64,000 nt of DNA from Candidatus Gottesmanbacteria bacterium (GTDB lineage Bacteria > Patescibacteriota > Microgenomatia > UBA10105 > UBA927). Location: positions 318,268-382,267 of the forward strand of contig OY969569.1 of assembly GCA_963701185.1 (NCBI GenBank). The letters are read 5' to 3'. Within the stretch, counting starts at the first letter, position 1. Each line of letters opens with the position of its first letter. The notes under the pieces were generated by a model. It did not search any database. It was not told the DNA's origin and saw nothing but the letters and a program-made list of their open reading frames with translations. Positions 1-9,542 of this stretch are shown piece after piece. Made by a program: the position numbers and the translations under genes.

Positions 1-1
1 A

Positions 2-985
2 GCGTCAATCAATCCAGCATTGTTGGTTGGAGGCAATAACGTAATTGCCGTGGAAATGCACCAATCGACTGCGGGAAGTTCTGATTTGAGCATGGATTTG
101 GAATTGATCGCCGATCTGGCCGGAACCACTCCTACCCCGACCCCAATCTCAGGACAATGCCAGTCGGCAATAGTCCCTGCTTATTTTTATCCACCCGGAT
201 ACTGGAATCAATTGACGATAAATCATACGACCCGGGACGTCGCCGTTATGAACCCCAATAGCGGTCCGGGGACGAGTGTTAATCAGGAATATGTCACAGC
301 AGTTAACCAGGCAAGAAATAACGGACTGGAAGTAAGCGGTTATGTGGCTACCGGTTATGGAGCCAAAGATATAAATTTGGTTAAAAATGAAATTAACAAT
401 TATGCGGCTTGGTACGGGGTTAACTCAATTTTCCTGGACGAAGCTGCATCTACCCAGTCGCTGTTAAGTTACTATCAAGAACTTTATACATATATAAAAA
501 CCAGGAACGGAAGTGTAACAATTAATCCCGGAACAGTACCGTACGAAGGATATATGAATGTGGCGGACCATGTGGTGATATTTGAAAATAATTACACCGC
601 CTATGCATCAACTACTTTTCCAAGTTGGATTACCAATTACAATGCGAATAAATTTGTCCATTTGGTATATAACACTCCTGAATCATTATTAACAGCCGCG
701 ATTAATAAGGCCAAAAGTGCCAATGCAGGATTTGTTTATATTACCAATGATGATTTACCCAATCCCTGGGATACATTGCCATCCTATTGGAACAGTGAAG
801 TAAATTTGAAATGTGCTACCACAAAACCGGATGCTAATGGTGATGGTTTGGTAAATGAAGCGGATTATAATATTTGGCTCAGTCATTACGGACAAACAGT
901 ATTAGGAATAAGTATGGGAGATTTTAATAATGACAATAAAGTTGACGGTATCGATTACGTAATATGGTTAAATAATTTACCGTAA
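2..985 (+). CDS. Secreted spherulin-4-like (YFYP...NPNSGPG) protein with a C-terminal type-I dockerin module. It is 5'-truncated by the window edge; the ORF-track start at 20 is a TTG.
   Basis: The frame is open from position 2. There is a Spherulin4-like N-terminal region (PAYFYPPGYWNQL). The C-terminus has two Ca-binding dockerin repeats, DANGDGLVNEADYNIWL and DFNNDNKVDGIDYVIWL. Confidence 0.5.
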   Translation, partial: ASINPALLVGGNNVIAVEMHQSTAGSSDLSMDLELIADLAGTTPTPTPISGQCQSAIVPAYFYPPGYWNQLTINHTTRDVAVMNPNSGPGTSVNQEYVTAVNQARNNGLEVSGYVATGYGAKDINLVKNEINNYAAWYGVNSIFLDEAASTQSLLSYYQELYTYIKTRNGSVTINPGTVPYEGYMNVADHVVIFENNYTAYASTTFPSWITNYNANKFVHLVYNTPESLLTAAINKAKSANAGFVYITNDDLPNPWDTLPSYWNSEVNLKCATTKPDANGDGLVNEADYNIWLSHYGQTVLGISMGDFNNDNKVDGIDYVIWLNNLP

Positions 986-1001
986 AGCACCAGTCAATTC
1001 G

Positions 1002-2465
1002 TTACCGGTGGTTCATTAGCCAAATAACATAATCCACTCCATCTACGAAACCGTTTGAATCAAAATCCCCATCACTCGGTCCATTCGCAGTTGAAGTTTT
1101 GTAATGATTAATCCACACCAAGTAATCAATCTCATTGACATATCCATCACCGTTAGCATCTCCCGGGAAAACTGGATTGGAAGACGGAGAGGGAGTTACG
1201 GTGGATGACGGCGGCTGCGATAAGAAGACACTGGTGCGGTCCGGCGCACCGGCTAATTTGCGGTATTCATCCCAACTAAATAATTGACCGGTGCTGTCAT
1301 ACATTAGATGAGTATTCGGATTGCCGTCGGTGTAATACGTATTACCGTCAATGGTGTTGTTGGCCGCAAATTCAGCCATAGATCCTCTTGCGGCGAGAAA
1401 TAAGTATTTCGGGGAGATCGCTCTGTCCTGAATGAATAAATTATTCGTAATGTAATTGCCGGTATTTAGTAATCCTCCTTGGAAAGCAAAGTTCGCACTG
1501 CCGGAAACATTTTTTACATTCTTTGAAATATTGGCGTAAATTTCGTTGTTATCCGCATCGGAATCCATCATGATGTTCGCATTTGTATTGTTGTAGACAT
1601 AGTTGCCAAAAATTTTTGCTTTGTTATGTCCGATGTAAATACCAACGTTATTCTCATAAGCGGTGTTATTTTTGAGCGTTGGAGAATATGGGCTGGTATA
1701 AATAGATTCGCTGTTAATTTTGAAACCGGCCGACGAATTGTAAGCGGCAACGCTATCTTGAATTGTCACCCCAAACTTAACGTAGAAACCGTGATGGGCA
1801 TAGATATCGTGTCCATTGTGGTGGGCATTACTATTCTTAATCAGGATATCATGAGGCCCTTTTGCTCCGGTATCTGACCCGATTAACGCACCATTCTTAT
1901 AATTGTAAGCAAACTCACTGGTGTCTAAGGTGATATTGTAGGATTCTTGACCTGCCCCCCAACCAGCGGCAAAACCAGATGCAATGGCAGAATTCCTAAA
2001 TATATCGTTATAAAAATACATACTGTGGGTATAAACCAAAGCAGTTGCCGTGCTGGCTGCTCCGGAAAAGTCAAGGTTTTCATAACGTAAATGATGGACA
2101 TATGGTCCATCTATATATAAAGCGTTGGATGCCGACCCATCGATAATCGGGCGTGCACCTGATCCGTAAGCTCCATATGTTATCCATGCAACGTCGGTTC
2201 CACTTCGCGTCGGTTTTAACTGACCCGCAAATGTTTCCCCACGTTTAAATAACACCTGATCTCCAGGATTTAAGAGCGCAGCATTAACCTTGGCAATTGT
2301 TTTCCAGGGAAGATCTGCGGACAGGCCGGTCTGACTATCAACTCCGTTTGATGAAACATAATACGTGGCAGCAAAGACGGCTTTTGGATTGGCTAATATG
2401 ACTAAGCTAACAAACAAAAATATACAAAAACGACTACTGACAATATTTTTAAAATATTTTTTCAC
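1002..2465 (-). CDS. Secreted right-handed beta-helix (pectate-lyase fold) protein with a C-terminal dockerin.
   Basis: There is an N-terminal signal peptide (MKKYFKNIVSS...AVFA). It is rich in N/G/T repeats typical of parallel beta-helix proteins. The C-terminus carries two dockerin repeats, DANGDGYVNEIDYLVWI and DFDSNGFVDGVDYVIWL. Confidence 0.55.
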   Translation of the reverse strand: MKKYFKNIVSSRFCIFLFVSLVILANPKAVFAATYYVSSNGVDSQTGLSADLPWKTIAKVNAALLNPGDQVLFKRGETFAGQLKPTRSGTDVAWITYGAYGSGARPIIDGSASNALYIDGPYVHHLRYENLDFSGAASTATALVYTHSMYFYNDIFRNSAIASGFAAGWGAGQESYNITLDTSEFAYNYKNGALIGSDTGAKGPHDILIKNSNAHHNGHDIYAHHGFYVKFGVTIQDSVAAYNSSAGFKINSESIYTSPYSPTLKNNTAYENNVGIYIGHNKAKIFGNYVYNNTNANIMMDSDADNNEIYANISKNVKNVSGSANFAFQGGLLNTGNYITNNLFIQDRAISPKYLFLAARGSMAEFAANNTIDGNTYYTDGNPNTHLMYDSTGQLFSWDEYRKLAGAPDRTSVFLSQPPSSTVTPSPSSNPVFPGDANGDGYVNEIDYLVWINHYKTSTANGPSDGDFDSNGFVDGVDYVIWLMNHR

Positions 2466-2628
2466 GTATACAATCCTCCACTTTTATTATAGACTAAAAC
2501 TAAACTTTTTGTTACAAGTATTGAATTGTTGCCGATTGGTGAAACATGATGTGTTAATTATAACCTAAAAAGACGCTGACCGCACAATTTTCATTGTCTC
2601 TCACAAATACAGGTGATATGCTGGGATT

Positions 2629-3774
2629 GTGAGATCTGTACTTATTGTCGTCGCTCTTCTGGGCGCCGCTTTTTTCATCGGACTGTCTTCAACGCTTTTG
2701 TCACCACGGCACACTACATCCACTCAGGAAGCGGCCGCACGGGAGTTTACTCTTGAGGGCTTATTAACCGTTCCTACCGGCACCACCGCTGCGGCTATTT
2801 TGGGATCTATCAGCGTCAACGGGGATATTCCTGCCGGTTCCACGATGAACGTGGAAGCAAGACAAACCGGAACTGCGCAATTTAGTACCGTCCTGCAAAA
2901 TATTCCGGCAAAATCAAATCAAACATTTTCTTATACCAAGGCAACACTTAGCGTTACTTATGACATGAAAGTCACGCTTCTTTCTCCGACAAGTAAAGTC
3001 ATCGGGTCATCAGAAATCCTTACGGTATCGGCCCCTTCTCTGAACGTCCAATTCAAACTGGATTCTGTGCTCCCACCCGCGACTCCCACCCCAAGCCCGG
3101 AAGCGATAACACCAACACCGGCTCTTACGCCTACTCTTACCCCTCCATCCACTCTTGCTCTTGCAACAATTTCAGGAAATATTAGCTTCTACGGCGTGAC
3201 ACCGATTAACTCGCGCATTGTTATCCTGCAAAAATTGGCGAATGCCTCTTCGTATCAGGTGGCGGTAGACAATGTGCTTCCCATCAACGGGACCATGTGG
3301 CAATGGGATCATTCCCTGCGTGGTACTTCCTATTCGGTTATCGCTGTACTTAAACAGAAACGTAGTGACGGGATGGATACGGATTTCGCCTCTTCCGCTC
3401 CGATTACCGTTACCGCACCTGCGGCATCTACTGTTTTGACCGTTAATTCTCATCATACGTTAACGAAACCATCAGAAATCTCAAGCGTCAGCTGTACAAC
3501 ATATAACGGCGGTCCAAATCAAAATACATGGAATGTTACCGTAAATTTCCCTTCTTTTACCGGCGCACAATCATATTGGCTTGAGATTGGTACGACCGAC
3601 GGTGGATATGATATCGCTAACACGTATGGAAGCGCGACTGCGGTCTCGACTGTATTCAAAAATAATACTGCCTATTATGCGAGGTATGCGTATGCCGCAG
3701 TTTCAGGCGTGGATACCGGAAGCGGGCAGTACTCAATATTTTCGGATACAACCCGACTTATGTGCAGCAAATGA
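2629..3774 (+). CDS. Secreted hypothetical protein with a Pro/Thr-rich linker.
   Basis: It has a GTG start, an N-terminal TM/signal segment and a PATPTPSPEAITPTPALTPTLTPP linker. I recognise no catalytic motif. Confidence 0.4.
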   Translation: MRSVLIVVALLGAAFFIGLSSTLLSPRHTTSTQEAAAREFTLEGLLTVPTGTTAAAILGSISVNGDIPAGSTMNVEARQTGTAQFSTVLQNIPAKSNQTFSYTKATLSVTYDMKVTLLSPTSKVIGSSEILTVSAPSLNVQFKLDSVLPPATPTPSPEAITPTPALTPTLTPPSTLALATISGNISFYGVTPINSRIVILQKLANASSYQVAVDNVLPINGTMWQWDHSLRGTSYSVIAVLKQKRSDGMDTDFASSAPITVTAPAASTVLTVNSHHTLTKPSEISSVSCTTYNGGPNQNTWNVTVNFPSFTGAQSYWLEIGTTDGGYDIANTYGSATAVSTVFKNNTAYYARYAYAAVSGVDTGSGQYSIFSDTTRLMCSK

Positions 3775-3793
3775 TCAAGGTTCTTTTTGTATA

Positions 3794-4759
3794 TCAATAA
3801 ATAATAGTAGAATCTTTAACGATTTCCTTCATATAAAGAGCCCAGCCTTGGTCGTTGAAACTCTCACCTCTTTTTGCTAAAACGGCATATTTTTCGGCCA
3901 ACGGGATAAAGTTGGGAAAAATTTCAGCCGTTTTCTTTCCGTCTATCTTCATCATGCTTTCCACCACCGCAGCCAGATACCACGTCGCATAAAGCTCGGT
4001 TTGAGAGCCTTTTACTGCGGTTAAAAAAAAATCCGTTGGCGGCGAATTATTAACAGCTTCACTATATTCCCTCCAACTTTCTATATAGCGCTTTGCCTGA
4101 AAAAGGTGGGCCGCTTCGTGGCACATAATAAAAGCATCTGCCAGTAAATTTGGCTTATACTCCTCAAAACCCAGGTGCAAATCAGAATTGAAATTTATCG
4201 TGCTATGCATCCCGCGCTCCGGATTCCAGGAATAATGATAATCTGCCCCAGTCCGACCGCTATGTTTATCCGGATTTTGTGAAAAAGATTCTGCCTTAAT
4301 TTCCAATACACCCGCTCCCACTAAAGTATTCAACTGATTGGCCACATCACGAAACGGCGCAAACCCGGATTCAACCATCGCGGGAAGAAGAATGTTCCGG
4401 TAGTAGTCTCCAAGTACGGCATCTTTTGCTTCAAGATTCGGGATATTTACCGTAGGAAAATTATTTGGTGTTAAAAATTTTTCCGCAACATACGTTTTTA
4501 CCTGTTCATCGGGTTTGTAAGTAGGATCAGGGGAAGAAAGATCTGCGGACATCTTGGATAAAAAGATCTGCCAGCTGACGATATCATCACTGGCCAGCGC
4601 CTGATCGAAAAGCTCTTTTCGGGAAATGCCGGGAGTAGGGGTCGGTAATCGGGGGGCATCCGGCACACAACCGGTCAATAAAGCGGCAAGAGTCAAGCCG
4701 CTAAGTTTTAAAAAATTCTTCCGGGAAATTTGAGGGGGTTTTTCCAATTTTCGATCCAT
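3794..4759 (-). CDS. Lipoprotein with an HExxH motif (putative zinc metallopeptidase).
   Basis: There is a lipobox (LAALLTGC) and the motif MCHEAAHLF. The start is taken at the internal Met of the 329-aa ORF. Confidence 0.4.
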   Translation of the reverse strand: MDRKLEKPPQISRKNFLKLSGLTLAALLTGCVPDAPRLPTPTPGISRKELFDQALASDDIVSWQIFLSKMSADLSSPDPTYKPDEQVKTYVAEKFLTPNNFPTVNIPNLEAKDAVLGDYYRNILLPAMVESGFAPFRDVANQLNTLVGAGVLEIKAESFSQNPDKHSGRTGADYHYSWNPERGMHSTINFNSDLHLGFEEYKPNLLADAFIMCHEAAHLFQAKRYIESWREYSEAVNNSPPTDFFLTAVKGSQTELYATWYLAAVVESMMKIDGKKTAEIFPNFIPLAEKYAVLAKRGESFNDQGWALYMKEIVKDSTIIY

Positions 4760-4816
4760 GTAGACATGATACCATAAAAACAATAAAAATCAGTTTGTGA
4801 TGGGAAATAATACGAG

Positions 4817-5599
4817 TTACTGTATACAGAATAGGCTTCCGACCGGCGTGAGTTCGGAAAGATTCGTTTCTCCGTTATAAAACGCCGAGGCGCTGCCGCC
4901 GTCAAGATTGACTGCGTCCGCAATCCCAAGATTTTCTTTCCGGCTTATGGAAGAAACAATCGACGGAAGGGACGCCAGAAGCGGCCCTGAATACACGGAA
5001 TCTTTGGAATAGACCGCAAGAAATACAAATTGACCGTCTACTGTTTTTCCCACGACCATCCGTCTGGCATGTTCGTCCTTTTGAATAACAAGGGACAGGT
5101 CCGTGCTATTGAATAAAAGGAGTGGTCCTGTTTGCAGGGCAAAACGGTAGAATGTATGCGGCAGGTCCGATGAGATAATCGCATCGCCGCTTCCGTCTGC
5201 CCAAAAAAATCCGTTAACCAACGCGCTGGGTATTTTGGCTCCGAAGGTTTTTTTGTCCGTATAGAAAAACCCCAGCGGTTTGCCTGCCGTATCATAAAAT
5301 CCTCCGTTAACGGATTCTTTGCAGCTATTGTTCATTCCTAATGACTTCGCATCCTGTCTCCCGCTGAAATTAGGAATAAGAGTAATCGCGGATGCCGTCG
5401 CCGCACGTATAACTGCATAGGAATACACAGCATCGCCGGCCGGTATTGTCAGTTCGGATTGTGTGTTTTCCGGTGTGGGTGTCGGCGTATCAGCGAGTAG
5501 CGGAGGGTTCTCATTACGGGGGGTAGCGGCAAATTGAAACACCATCCATGCCAGGACAACAACACAGAGAGCCGTGACAATGATGAATACCCGCTTCAT
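4817..5599 (-). CDS. Membrane-anchored protein, possibly of the phosphodiester glycosidase (NAGPA-like) family.
   Basis: It has an N-terminal TM segment and an NLDGGSASAFY motif reminiscent of NAGPA-domain proteins. Its ATG overlaps the upstream stop in an ATGA arrangement at 5596-5599. Confidence 0.3.
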   Translation of the reverse strand: MKRVFIIVTALCVVVLAWMVFQFAATPRNENPPLLADTPTPTPENTQSELTIPAGDAVYSYAVIRAATASAITLIPNFSGRQDAKSLGMNNSCKESVNGGFYDTAGKPLGFFYTDKKTFGAKIPSALVNGFFWADGSGDAIISSDLPHTFYRFALQTGPLLLFNSTDLSLVIQKDEHARRMVVGKTVDGQFVFLAVYSKDSVYSGPLLASLPSIVSSISRKENLGIADAVNLDGGSASAFYNGETNLSELTPVGSLFCIQ

Positions 5600-6345
5600 G
5601 TCTGTCCGCCCTTTTTCCAAAGAGGGGAGTTAATCAGGGGAGAGAAAATATCCTCAGTTATGGAAATATGAAGAGCCTGTATTTCTTTTGCCGTCGGCGG
5701 CCGGTCGGCAAACCGGACAAAGGGCACACCGGAAATAACGGAAAGAGGCGTTTGTTCGTTTCCTTCTCCCATCACCAGGACTGCCGCAGCACTCAGTCCG
5801 TCCAAAACACTTGCCTTCGTAACGTGCAGAAGCCTTCCAAAAATATCCGGTTGGTCGATATAATTCTTAAGCGGCTCAAACCCGCAGAATCCGATGCCGA
5901 TTCCCGTCACGCCCCACCGCAGCGGCGTTGTATGGCTGTCGATGATGATGACCCCTACATGTTTCAGGTGGTGCGTTTCCCGCAGATGCCTCCACACATC
6001 CGCTGCCGTTTTTTCAATATTCACCGGCCAAAGAATAAAGTAGCCGTTTCCGTTGCTTTCATCGATGCCGGACGAGGCAATGAGCGTATCATTTTTTACC
6101 GTGAGCACGATGCCCCATTGACGGGAATTTTCTTCCTCCATGTAGAGCTGGGACTCCTTGTGAATAAGGTCGTGTTTATCGATGGTCCCGTCGTTTTTGA
6201 TAACGCGCCCCTGGCAGATGCTGACGATTTTTGACGTAACGGCCACCACGCTTCGTTCCGGAAGTTTCGGAAGGCATGCGTCGAGTGTTTCCAACAGCCG
6301 GTTTCCGACAACAATTTTTGGAGTCTTATACGCCGTGACGATCAT
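5596..6345 (-). CDS. CofE-like protein (F420-0:gamma-glutamyl ligase family fold).
   Basis: The N-terminal region MIVTAYKTP...VVAVTSKIVSICQGRV resembles the CofE signature. The fit is from memory, not from an alignment. Confidence 0.45.
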   Translation of the reverse strand: MIVTAYKTPKIVVGNRLLETLDACLPKLPERSVVAVTSKIVSICQGRVIKNDGTIDKHDLIHKESQLYMEEENSRQWGIVLTVKNDTLIASSGIDESNGNGYFILWPVNIEKTAADVWRHLRETHHLKHVGVIIIDSHTTPLRWGVTGIGIGFCGFEPLKNYIDQPDIFGRLLHVTKASVLDGLSAAAVLVMGEGNEQTPLSVISGVPFVRFADRPPTAKEIQALHISITEDIFSPLINSPLWKKGGQT

Positions 6346-6350
6346 AGGCG

Positions 6351-6761
6351 TTATCTGGGCCGGGCGGCCTTTTTTATCAATTTCGCAACGTAAATAATTT
6401 CCCGCACCTCACCGTCATCAGTTTCTATTTCGTTGGTCCCGCTCATCCGCATGTATTCCCGCAGGTAATCGGAAAGCGCGCCGTCGAGCTCTTTTGTTTG
6501 GACAGCCAAATCTTTCACTTTATCCGCCAGGCCGCGGTTTGCGGGCAGCTGCATGATCTGATATTTGGTGAGTGCCTTTGTTTTGGCGGCTTTCTTGGCT
6601 TCCTCCGTATGCAGACGGTACGTTTCATCGTTCAAAAGCGCACTTTCGAGCATTTCCCGCTGTTTTTTCAGCTCCGCCCTGTTTTTATCAATCAGAGAAA
6701 TATGATTCTTAATCGTGGCTTCCAACTCCAGAAGTACTGTTGCACCGTTATCGTCTGCCAT
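6351..6761 (-). CDS. Coiled-coil hypothetical protein.
   Basis: It is a 136-aa K/E/L-rich ORF. I recognise no domain. Confidence 0.35.
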   Translation of the reverse strand: MADDNGATVLLELEATIKNHISLIDKNRAELKKQREMLESALLNDETYRLHTEEAKKAAKTKALTKYQIMQLPANRGLADKVKDLAVQTKELDGALSDYLREYMRMSGTNEIETDDGEVREIIYVAKLIKKAARPR

Positions 6762-6827
6762 AGATACCTACTATACAAACAAGTCGAGTGGTAAATCAAG
6801 AGGGAAATAGTGTAAAATACACGTACG

Positions 6828-6901
6828 GCCCCCATCGTCTAGCGGCCTAGGACAGTGGGTTTTCAGCCCATTAATCTCCGGTTCGAATCCGGATGGGGGT
6901 A
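6828..6901 (+). tRNA. tRNA-Glu (anticodon TTC).
   Basis: A cloverleaf can be read directly. The acceptor GCCCCCA pairs with TGGGGGT. The anticodon loop is TTTTCAG with U33 and A37, and the T-arm is GGTTCGAATCC. CCA is not encoded. Confidence 0.85.
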
Positions 6902-6910
6902 CTCACATAA

Positions 6911-6928
6911 CCCGCCGTGGGCGGGTTT
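6911..6928 (+). terminator. Rho-independent terminator after tRNA-Glu.
   Basis: A cccgcc-gtg-ggcggg hairpin is followed by TTT. Confidence 0.45.
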
Positions 6929-6938
6929 ATTGGTCTCT

Positions 6939-7601
6939 ATGACACATGAATTTGATCAATCACTATTAACTGAATTTTATTCAAAATTATATGGCGGGAA
7001 CGCAAAGCATGATAGTCCGGAGTTTAGCCGAATACGCATGATCCGGTATCTCGCAAGCGAACTATCTGCCCGGGGAGAAAAAGTAAAAATATTGAATGTG
7101 GGCGCGGGCAGGCAATCTCTCGAAAAACAATTCCTTACTGCGTATCGACGGATGGGGTGGATAAAAAATCTATCGTTTGTCACCGTTGATATAGCGAATA
7201 TTATTCAGTATAAGCTACTTGCAGCACATTCATCTACGGTGAGGCACGTTCAAGCAAACGCTCTTCAATTACCCTATCCGGATGATACATTTGATTTCGT
7301 TATTAGCAATTTGGCAATCGATTTTCTTCCACACTCGGCAATCGGCGAAGCATCGAGAGTGCTAAAAAAAGAGGGAGACGCCGTGTTTCATTTTCATCAT
7401 CCAACTCTTACCGATAATCCGCCCGTTCATCCGAGCATCGTTGCATTTTGGAGCTATCTTCGCACCAATAACGTGTTGTTTCAAAATGAACAACAAATAC
7501 ATGAAACGTTGCAGCAATACGGCCTTCAAACACATTCTACGCATATAGCCACCGATGGCATTGACCGTTGGTGGGAAGTCCATGCGAAAAAATCGGCGTG
7601 A
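6939..7601 (+). CDS. Class I SAM-dependent methyltransferase.
   Basis: Motif I is ILNVGAGRQ and the post-I region is DFVISNLAIDFL. The track ORF start at 6855 lies inside the tRNA, so I take the ATG at 6939 (MTHEFDQ). Confidence 0.65.
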   Translation: MTHEFDQSLLTEFYSKLYGGNAKHDSPEFSRIRMIRYLASELSARGEKVKILNVGAGRQSLEKQFLTAYRRMGWIKNLSFVTVDIANIIQYKLLAAHSSTVRHVQANALQLPYPDDTFDFVISNLAIDFLPHSAIGEASRVLKKEGDAVFHFHHPTLTDNPPVHPSIVAFWSYLRTNNVLFQNEQQIHETLQQYGLQTHSTHIATDGIDRWWEVHAKKSA

Positions 7602-7624
7602 ACGTAGCATGACGGTAAAAACAT

Positions 7625-9223
7625 TTACTTCGCTACGCGATAAATCGCCATATAGCTGTTGGTATAAATCGGCGTGAGAGAGGCGGGCAGATTCTTCGTG
7701 AATGAATAGGCCACAACGCAGGAAATCCCGTTGGAAGAAAGAATCTGCAATTTTTGCGCCATTGGTGTCGCATCGGCAAAAAAGTCCGTCACTTGCCGCT
7801 CTTTGATCAAATAGTCTATCGTCGCATATTGATTGACAATAAATGCCCTGCGGCCGGTCAGTCCCGTAAACGAGATATGAAACGGCCAGATGACGAGGCA
7901 GGTCTCCTGGGGACCGATGCGTTTTTCGGCCTCCCGATACGCATCCAGCACCGTATTCGGCAGAAAATAATAGGCATTCCACTGTTGGAACGTGGCACGG
8001 GCAACCGCCTGCTGAACGGTCGGCGCAATGGTACATGCGAGAATGATTGCCGTTATCCCGACCCGAATCACATTGTAAAAAGATGGTTTGAAGCGTTTGC
8101 CAAACGCTTCGATGAGGACTGCGGCGGCACATGCCATCGTCAGCGTCGGAACAACGGAAAGGAACCGGACGTTGAGAACCGCGATAAGGGACGGAATGGG
8201 TGATAAAAAGAGCCCCCAGGAAATAAGCGTGAAGACGACAATCATCTGGCGGGCCCGGATGCGTGCGGATACAAAGAGCGGCAAACCGACGACTCCCAGA
8301 AGGACAACCGGGCCGTTGACCTGAAAGAATTTCAGGATGGTCATGTGGACCTGCTGTGTCGCTTCCCATGTAATGATCCAGCTAAACGGCGGATGAGACA
8401 ATAGTGTCCGTAAATATGCCGCGTACGGAACGGCTCCGGCTCCTATGAGGAGCAGTGCAGGGAAGAATTCTGAGTTCATGCCTTCCTTTACCCAAAACAC
8501 TGCGACCGTCGCAAGCACGACTAACACGAGCGGCGTCTGCGTGCTGGCAAGCAGGAATCCGGAAAGTACAAATAGTGCCCACGTCGTGAAGAAACGGGAA
8601 CGGGGGATACGAGTGGAACTCGCCAACAGAAGAAGCGTGCCGACTAGGACGGTTTGCGCCAAAAGATGATGCGGAATACTGGAAAATCGGGTAAACGGTT
8701 CACCGTAGTTATACCAGGACCAGTACGATTGCAGCGTCCATCCGTTGGGCGTGCGGTTCAGGTACGGCCACGCGTTGCTTGTCAGAAACAAAATATAGGC
8801 GATCGCGCTTCCTGATCGGGACGGTACAGCCATGCGTATGAGTCGATACGAAAAGAAAAGCAACAGGATGGTTAAACCGAGGATAAGAAGCTGATACCCG
8901 AGGATGTTGGAAATACCCAACACACTAAACACACGACCGGAAAGCACATAAAACCAGTGGTAAAACACCCGTGTCGTTGACTCCGGGGTGTTGATATCCA
9001 TCGATGTCAGCCAGCGGAGTTTCCCCTGAGCCATATAGGACAGGTAGTAATAGTAATCCAGAGAATAATGGACGGCTCCGGCGAATGTCGTTCCGGGAGC
9101 TTGCTTCCAGACGCCGGCGATGTAGGGGCTGAAGACAAGAAGCGCATACAATGCCGAAACGCCAATAATAAACATACGACTCAAGTATACTACAGAAGAA
9201 TTCCCCGAAGAGTGACTCCCCAT
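7625..9223 (-). CDS. Polytopic integral membrane protein (GT-C-like or unknown family).
   Basis: It is 532 aa with more than 10 hydrophobic helices. I recognise no soluble catalytic motif. Confidence 0.5.
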   Translation of the reverse strand: MGSHSSGNSSVVYLSRMFIIGVSALYALLVFSPYIAGVWKQAPGTTFAGAVHYSLDYYYYLSYMAQGKLRWLTSMDINTPESTTRVFYHWFYVLSGRVFSVLGISNILGYQLLILGLTILLLFFSYRLIRMAVPSRSGSAIAYILFLTSNAWPYLNRTPNGWTLQSYWSWYNYGEPFTRFSSIPHHLLAQTVLVGTLLLLASSTRIPRSRFFTTWALFVLSGFLLASTQTPLVLVVLATVAVFWVKEGMNSEFFPALLLIGAGAVPYAAYLRTLLSHPPFSWIITWEATQQVHMTILKFFQVNGPVVLLGVVGLPLFVSARIRARQMIVVFTLISWGLFLSPIPSLIAVLNVRFLSVVPTLTMACAAAVLIEAFGKRFKPSFYNVIRVGITAIILACTIAPTVQQAVARATFQQWNAYYFLPNTVLDAYREAEKRIGPQETCLVIWPFHISFTGLTGRRAFIVNQYATIDYLIKERQVTDFFADATPMAQKLQILSSNGISCVVAYSFTKNLPASLTPIYTNSYMAIYRVAK

Positions 9224-9540
9224 GTGAGCATATGACGTGCCCAGAGCTCGTGGTCGGTAATACCCAAGCGGTATTCCTTTTCCAGCCGGTCAAAAGAATG
9301 GTTGAATTTTTGAAAACCCGAATCGAAAGAAGGTGTTATGGGAAAACCCAGGAGAGCATTGAGATTTTTACGGGTAAGGCGGAGAAACAGCTCAATTCTT
9401 GGTTGTTCTTTGATAAAACTTTTTTGAGCCCAGGTGCCGATCTGCGTTAGATTTTCAGCCGTATCCAACACAAGATCACGCTGGTTTATGAGGGAATAAT
9501 TACTGGTTGCGGATTTTGGGATAATACCATCACTATACAC
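9190..9540 (-). CDS. Hypothetical protein.
   Basis: It is a 116-aa ORF between the membrane protein and the helicase, with no motif. Confidence 0.25.
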   Translation of the reverse strand: MYSDGIIPKSATSNYSLINQRDLVLDTAENLTQIGTWAQKSFIKEQPRIELFLRLTRKNLNALLGFPITPSFDSGFQKFNHSFDRLEKEYRLGITDHELWARHMLTWGVTLRGILL

Positions 9541-9542
9541 GG

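Noticed and set aside
6855-6938. The ORF-track start of the methyltransferase at 6855 (and likewise the starts at 57649 and 57826).
   Set aside because: These starts fall inside tRNA genes and their terminator hairpins. In-frame internal Mets give N-termini of normal length.
7362-8369. A 335-aa ORF on the minus strand.
   Set aside because: It is entirely antisense to and overlaps the 532-aa membrane protein (7625-9223) and the methyltransferase. Its Arg/Cys/Gly-rich composition is typical of out-of-frame translation of GC-rich coding DNA.
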